DNA of 64,000 nt, taken from NCBI GenBank assembly GCA_963801815.1, contig CAWDGJ010000003.1:1-64000 (forward strand). The letters run 5' to 3'. The DNA is from an uncultured Verrucomicrobiae bacterium. Its GTDB lineage: Bacteria > Verrucomicrobiota > Verrucomicrobiia > Chthoniobacterales > UBA10450. Every line of letters starts with the position of its first letter. Within the stretch, counting starts at the first letter, position 1. The notes under the pieces were generated by a model. The model had not been told where the DNA came from, did not search any database, and worked only from the letters and a program-made list of their open reading frames with translations. Shown here piece by piece: positions 63,527 through 64,000 of this stretch. Made by a program: the position numbers and the translations under genes.

Positions 63527-63583
63527 CGGCGCTCTATGGACGCCGCTGAATTTTTAATTCGGCGGTCGGAGACTGCCGCTACA
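63522..63583. repeat. GTAG-type REP-like doublet between convergent genes
   Basis: TGTAGCGGC ... GCCGCTACA ends with inner hairpins. Confidence 0.65.
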
Positions 63584-63586
63584 ACA

Positions 63587-64000
63587 TTATCTCGGATCGG
63601 TCACGCGGCCGATGAACAGGCAGGCGCCGCTCGGCACATGCTGGATCGCATAAAGAAACGGGCGATCGACTTTCACGTGAATCGGTTCTTTTGGTTTCTC
63701 GAAGTGCGCCGTCAGTTCCATCATGACAACCGCGGTTGCGGCAGCGGCCTCGGTCCCTTTTTCGTCCACTGCAATGAATGTTTTGTGAAACACGTTTGAG
63801 ATCGCGAGATACTTGTCTGGCTGGCGCGGCGACATTCTGTCGAAGTTCGCGCTGCCCTGGGGATCGTCGAACGCCGTTTTCATTCCGAGGGCTTTCAAAT
63901 TATCCGCTAGCGGAATTGTCGGTGGCTCGATCTTGAATTTCGGAAGCTCAAGATCGACATCTTGCACCTGCAGCTTGGCGCATTGGGCAAAGGTGTCGGC
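63587..64000 (-). CDS. Serpin, C-terminal part (runs off the window)
   Basis: LPKFKI, VDEKGTEAAAATAV hinge, DRPFLYAI, LFIGRV.DP. Confidence 0.93.
   Translation of the reverse strand, partial: ADTFAQCAKLQVQDVDLELPKFKIEPPTIPLADNLKALGMKTAFDDPQGSANFDRMSPRQPDKYLAISNVFHKTFIAVDEKGTEAAAATAVVMMELTAHFEKPKEPIHVKVDRPFLYAIQHVPSGACLFIGRVTDPR

Overview
A GC-rich bacterial segment, most likely Verrucomicrobiota (Chthoniobacterales/Spartobacteria-like). This assignment rests on three [VA]PD[SG]G-CTERM sorting signals and two perfect TGTTC-N4-GAACA LexA boxes. Many genes, including conserved ones, carry single-base frameshifts, which looks like uncorrected long-read error rather than decay. Layout: 0-18 kb holds small accessory genes separated by dense palindromic and heptamer repeats, plus rpoZ, an NYN protein, an S10 peptidase, a cyclophilin, DUF885 and an orphan SLATT gene. 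18-40 kb is an accessory island with two large Pro/Thr-linker secreted metalloprotease mosaics, GT87, a luxR-type gene, an Rhs toxin with candidate immunity genes, a RAYT relic and a TA pair. 40-46 kb is a split, SOS-boxed imuB/dnaE2 cassette. 46-64 kb holds gnd, moaE, pgsA, an amidase, tRNA-Gly, maf, a TetR-HlyD-ABC efflux operon, bcp, an OLD-type ATPase/nuclease, DUF488 and a partial serpin. Strongest leads: (1) three co-oriented relics of the luxR 3' end that divide the downstream island into modules, as expected from serial integration at that gene end; (2) a modular dispersed repeat with compensatory stem changes, one copy sitting inside an isolated attC-like site; (3) palindromic elements, including a 19-bp micro-element, inserted inside protein-coding genes such as DnaE2, ImuB and DUF488. 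Family names come from motif recognition only; no database search was run.
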